Shown here in pieces: positions 1 through 9,090 of a stretch of 64,000 bases of DNA. The number at the start of each line of letters is the position of its first letter. The first letter of the stretch is position 1. The translations under genes and the position numbers were made by a program. A model generated the notes under the pieces. It made no database searches. It was not told the origin of the DNA and saw nothing but the letters and a program-made list of their open reading frames with translations. The stretch is taken from IMG/VR virus record IMGVR_UViG_3300033997_000092, positions 124,001 through 188,000 of that record. The stretch is one strand, 5' to 3'.

Positions 1-513
1 CAACTCCGTTATAAAATCAAGCCGCTCTTTTGGTTTAGCGCGTTGGAAAGAACAGTCACGCTGCATCTGAATGTAACAGGTAGCATAGAACATATTTTCC
101 CTTATAGGAAACATCTGCGCTATGCGTGAACGTGCTACCTCCAGTTTAATAGCTTTAGTGTCCTCGAAGTCACCTTTAGCATTAGCATCGTAGATAAAGA
201 TCTTGGACGCAGTTTGCTTTATACGGACAACTTTACCTGAATGCGTGGCAATGTCAAGAAATGTCGAGCTGGTAGCTGTCTTCAACAGCTCCTTTTTATT
301 TTTCTTAACAAGTGACATCGGATCGTTTTCATAGATCGTTGTTGCAATCGGAGAAAACAAACGTGTTTTACCAACAGCGTTAGTGTTGTCACGGACCGAA
401 CTATCAAAGTTCTCACCAGTAACAACATACAAGCCGTGGCTATTGCTAAGATTAATCGCGGTGTCGCTGAATGTAGCGAAGTCACTAACACCCCAACCTT
501 TCAATTGAATCAT
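1..513 (-). CDS. SbcC/Rad50/gp46-like recombination ATPase, N-terminal part (runs off window start)
   Basis: Manual translation from ATG at 513: MIQLKGWGVSDFATFSDTAINLSNSHGLYVVTGENFD...NAVGKTRLF (SMC-type Walker A), later YIQMQ (Q-loop-like). Open to position 1; absent from the ORF track. Confidence 0.8.
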   Translation of the reverse strand, partial: MIQLKGWGVSDFATFSDTAINLSNSHGLYVVTGENFDSSVRDNTNAVGKTRLFSPIATTIYENDPMSLVKKNKKELLKTATSSTFLDIATHSGKVVRIKQTASKIFIYDANAKGDFEDTKAIKLEVARSRIAQMFPIRENMFYATCYIQMQRDCSFQRAKPKERLDFITEL

Positions 514-515
514 CG

Positions 516-1748
516 TTACGCCTTATCTTTTTTCTTACTTTTGGATCCTGCACTGTCAGGGTCTTTACCTTGCACAGTAAGGAAATAACGGTCAATACTT
601 AAATCAGCCAGTGCAACATAAAGTGCAGTGTTGCCTGAGAACGCAGGTGTTGTCAGAATACGGTAATCGACTTCTTGCAATGTAGAAAGGATTTTAATCA
701 GTGAAGCAGTAGATACTTCAATTGGCTGATTTGCTTTTTCCTGTTTAGCAAGTGCAGTGTTCCAGATCTTACCAATAGCAGGAGTGTATGGTACAATACC
801 CAAATTGCTTTCGATAATCCAGTCAATCAGGTAACTGATCTTCATAATGAGTTTGCGGGGATCGTTTGCCTTCTTAACGAAAGACACAGTGTTATTCAGA
901 TTGTTGCGTAATATCGCAGCCAATACCTGAACAGCATAAGTGTCAAAGTCTTTGTCGGTTAACGAAGAAGCAACCATCTGTACAGTAGAAGAGGAGAATT
1001 TGTTACCATCAGCAACAAGGCTCAACAAAGAATCCAACTGGCTTAATGCACTACGCATTTGGCCTTCGGATTGGGCTGCAATTGCCTTCAATGCTTTCTG
1101 GGCCTTTTCATCGTCTTTGACTTTGTGGCCTTCAAGCTTACATACCTGAGTCAGGCGTTTGACAATAACGTCTTCAGGAATAGGACGAATGGCAATCTGC
1201 GTACAGCGGTTACGCATAGTGTCTTTCATCTTCTGCGGGTCAGTAGTACAGAATATAAATATGGTGTCCTTGCTAGGACTTTCGGTAGGCATCAGCAAGT
1301 TGCTTTCTGCCTTGTCGGTAAGCAAATGCGATTCGTCGATCAATATGATACGACGGCGGAAACGTGGTTTTTGTTTAGCGGCACGTAACACATCATCAAT
1401 GTTCTCTACTTTACCGTGAGTACCAGCATTGACTTCAACTACATCAGGCAAGTCTTCGGTATCATGCGAACAATAGCTACACTTGCCGCAGGCGTTCATC
1501 GTTTCACAGTTAACAACACGGGCAATCAAACGGCCGAATGTTGTTTTACCGCTACCAGTAGTTCCATGCAGTAGTATTGTCTGAGGGAAGCGTTTTTGTT
1601 TGATGAATCCACGGACAACACCAACAGCGGCTTCTTGTCCTACGAAATCGTCAAGTGTTACAGGACGATATTTGGCTGCCAAGTTGTAAGATGATAAATC
1701 ATCAGGTGACATAACGGGTTGTTTTTTGGTTTTTGATTTGGAGGACAT
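516..1748 (-). CDS. dnaX: DNA polymerase III gamma/tau-like clamp loader ATPase
   Basis: LAAKYRP..LDDFVGQE, Walker A GTTGSGKTT, Zn module CGKCSYC, Walker B IDESH, RNRC (SRC-like). Confidence 0.9.
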   Translation of the reverse strand: MSSKSKTKKQPVMSPDDLSSYNLAAKYRPVTLDDFVGQEAAVGVVRGFIKQKRFPQTILLHGTTGSGKTTFGRLIARVVNCETMNACGKCSYCSHDTEDLPDVVEVNAGTHGKVENIDDVLRAAKQKPRFRRRIILIDESHLLTDKAESNLLMPTESPSKDTIFIFCTTDPQKMKDTMRNRCTQIAIRPIPEDVIVKRLTQVCKLEGHKVKDDEKAQKALKAIAAQSEGQMRSALSQLDSLLSLVADGNKFSSSTVQMVASSLTDKDFDTYAVQVLAAILRNNLNNTVSFVKKANDPRKLIMKISYLIDWIIESNLGIVPYTPAIGKIWNTALAKQEKANQPIEVSTASLIKILSTLQEVDYRILTTPAFSGNTALYVALADLSIDRYFLTVQGKDPDSAGSKSKKKDKA

Positions 1749-1805
1749 AAGAGTATTCCAGTTAAGAACATTACTCTTGTATTTACAGAAATGGGGTCGA
1801 TGAGG

Positions 1806-1844
1806 AAAAAGAAAAGGCAGTGGACTGTTAAATCACACTGCCTT
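1806..1844 (-). terminator. Intrinsic terminator
   Basis: Stem AAGGCAGTG (1814-1822) / CACTGCCTT (1836-1844), followed on - strand by TTCTTTTT. Confidence 0.7.
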
Positions 1845-2006
1845 CGAGAATAGAAAAATTGGCAACGTCGGTAAACAGTTGCGCCTGACAAGAAACCCGA
1901 CGTTGCCTTGTGACAAACCCTTAACCAGGTTACATAAAGGTATGCGTCACTACTAGGGACATTTCCACATCCATTGGAAAGGTGGAGAGTGGGGAACATT
2001 CTCCAA
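1806..2006 (-). ncRNA. Candidate ~200-nt structured sRNA or structured 3' UTR
   Basis: Five consecutive hairpins in an intergenic gap, including a perfect 11-bp stem 1861-1871/1897-1907; ends in a terminator; CTGTAATTT motif just upstream on - strand. Confidence 0.4.
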
Positions 2007-2026
2007 CATATTCAAATTACAGAGTT

Positions 2027-2683
2027 TCAACGAATAGGTAGGTAACTTATGTTTAAATCTACCGCGTAATTCGCAGGAACACTGTGAGTCCAAGGACGCA
2101 AACTTTTAACAGTCGGTATACCAGCAGACATAAACTCTGCGATAGTATCTGGATGGTCTTCAAACATAAGTGAGAAGTCTTCACCAAATAAATCATCAGC
2201 GATGTCCAGTTTAGATGTTCCTAACGGACTGGCTATTAGGGTATCAGGAAGTATTCCGTTTTGCTCAAGCAATTCGTATGCAACACGGAATCCATCAGGA
2301 CGGTAACCACGATGCGTAATCATAACAACGTGATGTGGAACTGAAGGCAAACCAAAGTAAGATGGAAGACTACCATCACGGAAACCTTGAATGATTCCAG
2401 GACTATACTGGCACATGGTAACACGCTTGAAAGCATCGGTCTCATGTAATACTTTGCGTATCAATGAAACGTCAACACCAAGAGCGTTACTCATGCTATA
2501 AACATTCAGGTCAGCAACTGTGTGATTGGTACCACATAGTTTGTTTATTTCTTCCAGATACGAATGGTTCACGTTCCAGATAACTTCATCCAAGTCAAAT
2601 CCAACAACAGGCGTACCAGGCACATAAGGAACAAAATGCTTGATACGCACTTCTTGACTTGTATTATCCAACATTAAAGTCAT
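2027..2683 (-). CDS. HAD-family 5'(3')-deoxyribonucleotidase-like protein
   Basis: VVGFDLDEVI (HAD motif I), ITHR, MFEDHP. Confidence 0.7.
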   Translation of the reverse strand: MTLMLDNTSQEVRIKHFVPYVPGTPVVGFDLDEVIWNVNHSYLEEINKLCGTNHTVADLNVYSMSNALGVDVSLIRKVLHETDAFKRVTMCQYSPGIIQGFRDGSLPSYFGLPSVPHHVVMITHRGYRPDGFRVAYELLEQNGILPDTLIASPLGTSKLDIADDLFGEDFSLMFEDHPDTIAEFMSAGIPTVKSLRPWTHSVPANYAVDLNISYLPIR

Positions 2684-2696
2684 TGAAGGTAATACC

Positions 2697-3851
2697 TTAA
2701 TAAATACGTTGTAAGTTTTTCAAAGTCTTCACACAGGCTTTCATCAAATCACCTGTAAGCTTGGTGCCTGTAAGGTAATAAGACATAGTTTCTGCAAAGA
2801 ATTCTTTGGGATTCGTCATAGCATATTCGCTTGGGTCCATAACAGGAATGCCGATGTCGGTCATTGAAGGCCACAGGCGCTCCAGACGATCTTTGCGTCC
2901 AGTGTCATGCAACAAGTCCAAATCGAAACGATCCAGCTTGTGTACTTTTTTGATGTACGCTATGACTTCTTTTAAAATTACTGATGTGGTGTCATCCGCC
3001 ATCTCTTTTAAGAAATCGCCGATGGAACCATCGTAAGTCATAACTTCTTTGAGAAGACCACGCAGTTTCTTCTCGTCATATTTGCTGACTGTAATGCGCT
3101 TGGCATACAGGCTGAGCCACTTAGCACGGACATCTATTGGAACCATGTGGAACCAAATACCATGTGCTGCTTCGTGCAGTAGTACATACTGAAGATACTT
3201 AGCATCGTCCAACGGAATGTTGTTCAATGACATAACATCTTTACCGCCTTCACCTTCTTTGGTACGGACGTACTTGTAAGTACCTGCCCATTTACCAGCA
3301 CGTGAACGCAGCTCAATATAACCCATACGGTTGATAAAGCCTTCACACTTGTTCTTTTTCAAGATAGTGTAGGCATCAGCAAAAGCACCGACCAAAGTAA
3401 TACGTTCTTCTTTGGTGAATGAGGAACGGTATACACGCAAGTCACACCAGTCTTTGATAGTCAGGGTGCGCTGGTAAGGTTCCACGTTAACATTGAACAC
3501 TTTACCGAATGGAGGATTAGGTCCAAGATTAGCAATGACGTTGTAAGGCTCGACATCGATCTGAACAGAAGTATCGTCTTCTTCAACGCCTTTCTCAAGC
3601 ATGGCACGGCGCTTACCTATAGCAAGAGCCAGATGATTCTTGCCGTTGTACTTAACAACAATGTAGTCATCGGAATCATAAGGTATATGGCGTTCCTGTT
3701 TTTCTTCTACAGGAGCTTTTGCTTTTTTGTCTTTTTTATCAGACTTGGCTGCTTTGTCTTTCTTTTTCTTTTTGTCAGAAACAGGATCAGACTTGCCTTT
3801 GACTTTCTTTTTAGTTTCTTGCCCTTCTGGGGCGCGTAACCTGCTTATCAT
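2697..3851 (-). CDS. Zincin-like metallopeptidase-domain protein with Lys-rich N-terminus
   Basis: LLHEAAHG (HExxH) and YAMTNPKEFFAETMSYY. Confidence 0.6.
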   Translation of the reverse strand: MISRLRAPEGQETKKKVKGKSDPVSDKKKKKDKAAKSDKKDKKAKAPVEEKQERHIPYDSDDYIVVKYNGKNHLALAIGKRRAMLEKGVEEDDTSVQIDVEPYNVIANLGPNPPFGKVFNVNVEPYQRTLTIKDWCDLRVYRSSFTKEERITLVGAFADAYTILKKNKCEGFINRMGYIELRSRAGKWAGTYKYVRTKEGEGGKDVMSLNNIPLDDAKYLQYVLLHEAAHGIWFHMVPIDVRAKWLSLYAKRITVSKYDEKKLRGLLKEVMTYDGSIGDFLKEMADDTTSVILKEVIAYIKKVHKLDRFDLDLLHDTGRKDRLERLWPSMTDIGIPVMDPSEYAMTNPKEFFAETMSYYLTGTKLTGDLMKACVKTLKNLQRIY

Positions 3852-4768
3852 AAAAAACCCCGCACGTGGTTAAAATAGAAATCAAGACGTTCAATAGGAG
3901 TGTAGCGTCTAGTTATTAGTTTACACATTCCATCGTAGACAAAATGCAATAAATACTTGTTGTCTGTATTCCTTGGGTCGACCTCACTGACAACACGGGC
4001 AGAGTATTTTAACCCAGAACGCAGTGGAATGTTTAGGTTATAAATACGGTTCGACAAGTCATCAGGAGTAAAAGAACCTGGTGTAACTATAGCAAAGAAC
4101 TCGCTGTGTTTGTGAGGCCAAGCAGGAACTTCCTGAATGTGATCAAACAACATAATCAATGCGGTACGACTGAAATTTTCCTGATACGGAGCGGCTATTT
4201 CACAGAAAGTCCTGAGTGCATTAATAGTGCCGCCTTCAGTTTCAAATTTAAAACTGTGTTTTGAGAATTCACGCTGAATCTTAGCTGAGGCTGCAAACAG
4301 TCGTTTTAGGTTACCATCGAGATATTTTAACTCGGTAGCACCAGAAGACTTGCGAACGAACACACTTTGAGGAGTGCTGCCAAAGCTAAGCATAATGCGG
4401 TCACGTTCGATATAAATACCCATGAACTTAGGACGCTGTTCATAAATCTTGCCGATGTCAACAGTAGATACAGGCAGAAAGAAATCACCGAGAAGTAAAG
4501 GAGCGCTAACACGAACCAAACTAGATTGCATGTAAACGCGGAATTGAGTTTCGTTCAGTACAATAGGAATATGTCGATCAATAACACCTTTAGCGAAAGT
4601 CAAAAGCTTTTTGTTGTCTTCTGTTATTCCGTAGAGGTTGACAGTGTTTCCTTTACGTAACATCTGTTCTATCTGCGATAAGTGATCGGCTACCTTTTGA
4701 TATGTAGGCCCTCCGGGCACTGTATCTTGTCTGTTAAGCACGTATACAATCATAAGCGTGTTCCCCAC
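3848..4768 (-). CDS. Hypothetical protein
   Basis: 306-aa ORF overlapping the next gene by 4 nt. Confidence 0.7.
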   Translation of the reverse strand: MGNTLMIVYVLNRQDTVPGGPTYQKVADHLSQIEQMLRKGNTVNLYGITEDNKKLLTFAKGVIDRHIPIVLNETQFRVYMQSSLVRVSAPLLLGDFFLPVSTVDIGKIYEQRPKFMGIYIERDRIMLSFGSTPQSVFVRKSSGATELKYLDGNLKRLFAASAKIQREFSKHSFKFETEGGTINALRTFCEIAAPYQENFSRTALIMLFDHIQEVPAWPHKHSEFFAIVTPGSFTPDDLSNRIYNLNIPLRSGLKYSARVVSEVDPRNTDNKYLLHFVYDGMCKLITRRYTPIERLDFYFNHVRGFL

Positions 4769-4769
4769 A

Positions 4770-5480
4770 TGATCAGTTTGTTTTTATTGTGCGCTGCTGC
4801 GCGAAACGTGAGCGGGCTGGCGAAAAAATCGCCGCGCGGATCAAGATCATTTTCCGATCTTTACTAGCAGGAAATCTATTGTGGATCCATTAACCTATTT
4901 TAACATCTTAGCCAGGTAGATCCTAGATATAGAGGTCGTTTGGTTGCAGTGGAAACCAATAGACAGATCCGTCCCATGATACCGATTGATTCAATTGACC
5001 AGAGCACCAATTGTTATATGTTACTCCGGTGCTCCAGTTCCTAGTGTCCATGTCCTCTTGATCCCAGTGTCTGTGGAATGTCTTTAGTGATCAACTGGAA
5101 TCCAGCTTACCGTTAGGTAACATCGCCTGCGCTCCGGTTACCTAACGATCAGTTGAACTACTGTACCAGGTACTAACTAGCCGGGTGAACAGTTTATCAG
5201 TTGAACTCTGTGAGAGTTAATGGGATACAAGCTGACGAATCTTAATTTACAGTATCCTATTTATAACAATACCATGGTAGTATATGTACATCCAATGCCT
5301 ATAGCCTATACTATCATACAATGCCTATACACTACAGATATACACGTATAATAGCTATAAGTACAATTTAGGGGGTTGCTGCAAAACACCAAGGAAAAAG
5401 CTCGAAAAATCGGAAAACTTTTGACCCAGTTTCTAAAAATAGTCCAAAGAAAAATCGTGTTTTTAGACCTGAAAAAGGCT
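4770..5480. other. Candidate replication origin / regulatory non-coding region
   Basis: ~700 bp without a credible ORF; 10 GATC sites in 4771-5150, inverted and direct repeats, AT-rich tract, A-tracts about one helical turn apart. Confidence 0.45.
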
Positions 5481-5503
5481 AGGAAGATTGCTCAGCCTAG
5501 CCT
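5471..5503 (-). terminator. Intrinsic terminator
   Basis: AGGCTAGG/CCTAGCCT stem followed by T-run on - strand, just after the 5511 stop. Confidence 0.6.
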
Positions 5504-5510
5504 CATAGTT

Positions 5511-5732
5511 TTATTGCTTTTCAAAACGACTACGCATTTTAGCGCCGATTTGTTTCATTAACGATTCGATGCGATCACCGTCACCGTCCTCTACAGCTTT
5601 AGTTAATTGTTCTCCTAAGTCACTGGACACAATTTTCATAAAGCCTGATAACATCAGACCGCGGCCCTTTTTCTTTTTGGGCTTGCGGCGTGACTCAGAT
5701 ACTAACTTATCCAAATGCAGTGTTACTTTCAT
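5511..5732 (-). CDS. Small hypothetical protein
   Basis: 73-aa ORF with GAGG RBS. Confidence 0.65.
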   Translation of the reverse strand: MKVTLHLDKLVSESRRKPKKKKGRGLMLSGFMKIVSSDLGEQLTKAVEDGDGDRIESLMKQIGAKMRSRFEKQ

Positions 5733-5739
5733 ATTTACC

Positions 5740-6915
5740 TCAGTAGATTTTGAACGATTTGAATACGCCTGACAAGAATTCTGATCTTTGTAAGGATCTG
5801 CATGTTACTGACCATTGCCAGAGTTCTTTCTTTGCTGTTGATTTGCGTGGAGCGTTGTTGATTTTAAGAACAAGGTTACGTTTCGGTATGACGATAACGT
5901 CTCCTGACCTCAGTGAGCCTGCACTCTCCGGTAATACTACTTGAATGTCACCTATAGTAGTTTCATCCCTGTAGTTGAGTACATCTTGCTCTGTGTTGAT
6001 GTTTCCTTTTATATCTACTTGGAGCAGTTTGAATATCAATGTAGCGTGGGTAAATTCACGGACGTCACGTACACGCACAGGCATGTTCTTGCCTCGGAAG
6101 CTTTCTATGTATGCGCGCGTTACTACATCGCCCGTAGGCGTTTTTAACGGAAATGTAGCAGGATGTACTACCTCATTATTCCTGATGCTGTAGGACACGT
6201 CCACGAAGTATTTTGGCACCAGGATATTGAATTCTACATAGCTGTTTTCGTCACCTGAGTGAACATACACATTTGGCTTACGAGAAGTATCTTGGTAATA
6301 TCCGTAAGTTTCAGATATGTTGTTGTATGCCAGTATTTGATATTTGTAGTTGACTACATCGAACGCTGGAATGAATCCTTCTGAATAACACACGCCGCAG
6401 TTTTCTTCACTGCCACTGAACTCAGTTGGTAAGAAGTGTTCTGTTGCTCTTGTGTCGTCCTCTGGATTATCTACTGCTGACCTTGTCACTTGGTCGCGGT
6501 TTAGAAAATCTGACAACTCTTTTGGCTGTCTGCTTTCGACAGGATTGTAATCGTGTTTATCGTAGACACCTTCGCCGAACATAGTGTCTGAGCCTAAATC
6601 AATGCGTACTTTGGAAGCGTTGCCTCCTGACATTTGATTTGTTGGAAGTGTTACTTTTGACGATTCCGAATCCGACACATAATCATCGTTACTCTGTAAG
6701 GATTCTATTGTCATAACACTGTGACTGCAAGAGCAAGGAATACCTATGCGAGTTCTACGCATAAGCACTATATCCACTGCATCTACAGCAAGCGCGTTCT
6801 CCACTTTATCGCGGAAAGGGTGCAGTTGTTCGTCAAGTCGTGCCTGTGCTGTGTTGGACGTAAAGTTCAAAGCTCTACGTGCGTTTCTTCTTCTACCTGA
6901 TCCTATATCAGCCAT
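5740..6915 (-). CDS. Putative virion structural (neck/head-completion-like) protein
   Basis: Start probably ATG 6915 (GGAG RBS); CSC...CGVCYSEGF motif; C-terminal beta-rich 'LRSGDVIVI' segment. Confidence 0.45.
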   Translation of the reverse strand: MADIGSGRRRNARRALNFTSNTAQARLDEQLHPFRDKVENALAVDAVDIVLMRRTRIGIPCSCSHSVMTIESLQSNDDYVSDSESSKVTLPTNQMSGGNASKVRIDLGSDTMFGEGVYDKHDYNPVESRQPKELSDFLNRDQVTRSAVDNPEDDTRATEHFLPTEFSGSEENCGVCYSEGFIPAFDVVNYKYQILAYNNISETYGYYQDTSRKPNVYVHSGDENSYVEFNILVPKYFVDVSYSIRNNEVVHPATFPLKTPTGDVVTRAYIESFRGKNMPVRVRDVREFTHATLIFKLLQVDIKGNINTEQDVLNYRDETTIGDIQVVLPESAGSLRSGDVIVIPKRNLVLKINNAPRKSTAKKELWQWSVTCRSLQRSEFLSGVFKSFKIY

Positions 6916-6996
6916 TATCCGACTCCTATACAATTCTCGATATTAAATTATTCGATGTTAATTTGAATCTGATTATAGTTGAAGGAACTACCAGAT

Positions 6997-7230
6997 ATGT
7001 TTAAAGCTTTCATTACAAAAATACTCAAAAATGTGCTGAGTTCCGAATTCCAGTCTTTGGAAAATCGAGTGAGTGAATTGGATAAAGAAGTGGCTGACTT
7101 GCGTTCAAAGCACAGCGACTTGGCGCAACGCCATTTGACATTGCACGACAAATACCGCAGAACTAAAAATGTGGTACGCAATATTGAACGTGGTATGACT
7201 CGTAAACAAAAATTGGCGAAAGCTGCATGA
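6997..7230 (+). CDS. Small coiled-coil hypothetical protein
   Basis: AAGGA RBS, heptad pattern, ATGA overlap with next gene. Confidence 0.65.
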   Translation: MFKAFITKILKNVLSSEFQSLENRVSELDKEVADLRSKHSDLAQRHLTLHDKYRRTKNVVRNIERGMTRKQKLAKAA

Positions 7231-7790
7231 TAGTTTTTTCTGCTGACCCAGGAACTAAAAACTTTGCTTGTGCTATTACCGAGCATCGTTATGAGAATGG
7301 TCGTATGGTCTCCAAGATTCTTGCTACTGGCATGATTAAGGATTGCATACGCACACTCAACGAAGATGTTTACGAGGAACTGGCCCGCTTTGAACGTGAG
7401 TTGGTCCGCATCCGTGATTACTACAAACCAGATATTGCTGTGTTCGAGCGTTTCCAATCTCGTGGTCTTAAAGGCACTACGATAGAGTGCATCAATATGA
7501 TGCTGGCTATTTTGATTCGTGTGTTCCGTAAATGCAAGCCCAGATTATTCTTGGCCTCTACTTGGAAGAACCGCATAAACAAACGCGCCGATTTAAAAGC
7601 AACATACAAAGAATTCAAACTTACCAGCAAGAAAAGCCCGAAGACAATCCATGAATTCGACGCTACACTGATCGGATTTTATGCTGCTACCAGACATTAT
7701 GGTATGGTTGACTTCCAATGTTTCACGCCGACAAATTGGAATCCATTTGTTGAGTGGTTTTTAACAAGACCTGGGCTAGCCAAACTGTAA
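7227..7790 (+). CDS. RuvC-like Holliday junction resolvase
   Basis: IVFSADPGTKNFACA, VFERFQ, WK, HEFDATLIG (RNase H-fold acidic residues). Confidence 0.8.
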   Translation: MIVFSADPGTKNFACAITEHRYENGRMVSKILATGMIKDCIRTLNEDVYEELARFERELVRIRDYYKPDIAVFERFQSRGLKGTTIECINMMLAILIRVFRKCKPRLFLASTWKNRINKRADLKATYKEFKLTSKKSPKTIHEFDATLIGFYAATRHYGMVDFQCFTPTNWNPFVEWFLTRPGLAKL

Positions 7791-8398
7791 ATTCCATACT
7801 AAATGATAATAGTGGAGTTTTCAGATTGCCACATCAATGCCCATTAGTTACGTTCTTTGCTACGCACGGGAAGTGCAACATTACAACCTGTCAACACAAC
7901 ACTCCTGTTACTAATACAGGATGCCTGTTGCGTGACCGTCAAGAGAGTTCCAGCGGTATTACTGATACCGAACTCCTATTCTACAAGATCCAACCTAAAA
8001 AGGAAAGCTTTGGATCTAAGTCGCTTGATTCCAGATTTGCTAACTATGTCAGGAAGAAGGCAGAGACAGCGGCAAAAAGTAATATGATATTTGCCATGTA
8101 TTATGAATTTGTTCTGGCTAACCACAAACCAAGTCCACGGTTCATCTATGTTAGTGGTAAGAACAAGTTTATTGACGACATTTTGAATTCGTTTCCTTTT
8201 GTTCAAGAAGGTTTTGAATTCGAGTCATGGACATTGCCTTTCCTAGCACAGCCTAAAACATTTAAGGCTTTCTTGGAAAAGCAAAAGAGAAAGATAACCG
8301 AAAAGATTTCACTTATAAATGTTCTTGGCCTTACTCCAGGAAAGTACAAGAACCTTTGTCACGCACTGAAAAATTACCACACTATTAAGAAAGGATAA
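7754..8398 (+). CDS. Hypothetical protein (Cys/His-rich N-terminus)
   Basis: 214-aa ORF; start uncertain. Confidence 0.6.
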   Translation: MVFNKTWASQTVNSILNDNSGVFRLPHQCPLVTFFATHGKCNITTCQHNTPVTNTGCLLRDRQESSSGITDTELLFYKIQPKKESFGSKSLDSRFANYVRKKAETAAKSNMIFAMYYEFVLANHKPSPRFIYVSGKNKFIDDILNSFPFVQEGFEFESWTLPFLAQPKTFKAFLEKQKRKITEKISLINVLGLTPGKYKNLCHALKNYHTIKKG

Positions 8399-8402
8399 GA
8401 TC

Positions 8403-9044
8403 ATGAGTAAAATTCCAAGCGTTAAAACTATGTCACTTCAGGAGTACAACAAAGTACACGGTAACGATGATGCGGCTCCACTTTATGTAGCTAACGTGTC
8501 CCGTGATGCCAACGTAATGTTTAGTGTCCAGCAACCAAACGGCCGTGCTGTTGCAGTGTTTATCCCAGCAACATTTGCACCTATCGATTTGACACTGCTG
8601 GCAACAAAAGCTTCTCTGGTCCAATCTACAGACTTCCGTGCAAGTCTGTCTCAGGGCCGTTTGGCAATCGTTACTCCTGAATCCGCCGAAGCCGCGCTGA
8701 AGCATCCTGTTGTTGCTGAAGAAGCACGCCGTGTACGTGAAATGAATGCTGCTCCTACAGAAGCAGGCATCACTACAGGCCAGGATCTGGATCTGACAAA
8801 CATGCGTATGACAACTGCTGCTTCTAATAGCAACGGTGTTGCGTATGAACCTACTCCATACGTAACTCAGTTGGTTGATGCTGTACGTCAGGCCGGCAAC
8901 GACGACACTCGTATCGAATCTATTTTTGTTCGCTCTACTCATAAGTTGAGCCGTGCAGATCTGGATTACATCGTTAAAGAAAATGTTGCAGGTAAGTTGA
9001 CTGACCTGTGTCTGGATGAAATCCGCGAGTTAGAAACAGCTTAA
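8403..9044 (+). CDS. Hypothetical protein, possibly virion-associated
   Basis: 213-aa ORF, AAGGA RBS, followed by terminator. Confidence 0.7.
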   Translation: MSKIPSVKTMSLQEYNKVHGNDDAAPLYVANVSRDANVMFSVQQPNGRAVAVFIPATFAPIDLTLLATKASLVQSTDFRASLSQGRLAIVTPESAEAALKHPVVAEEARRVREMNAAPTEAGITTGQDLDLTNMRMTTAASNSNGVAYEPTPYVTQLVDAVRQAGNDDTRIESIFVRSTHKLSRADLDYIVKENVAGKLTDLCLDEIRELETA

Positions 9045-9054
9045 TATTTTGACC

Positions 9055-9090
9055 AAAAAAAAAGGGAGCCCATCAGGAGCTCCCTTTTTT
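9055..9090. terminator. Bidirectional intrinsic terminator
   Basis: A9-GGGAGC...GCTCCC-T6 between convergent genes. Confidence 0.85.

Noticed and set aside
5376-5561. 61-aa + strand ORF
   Set aside because: Arises from A-tracts, overlaps a terminator and a - strand gene
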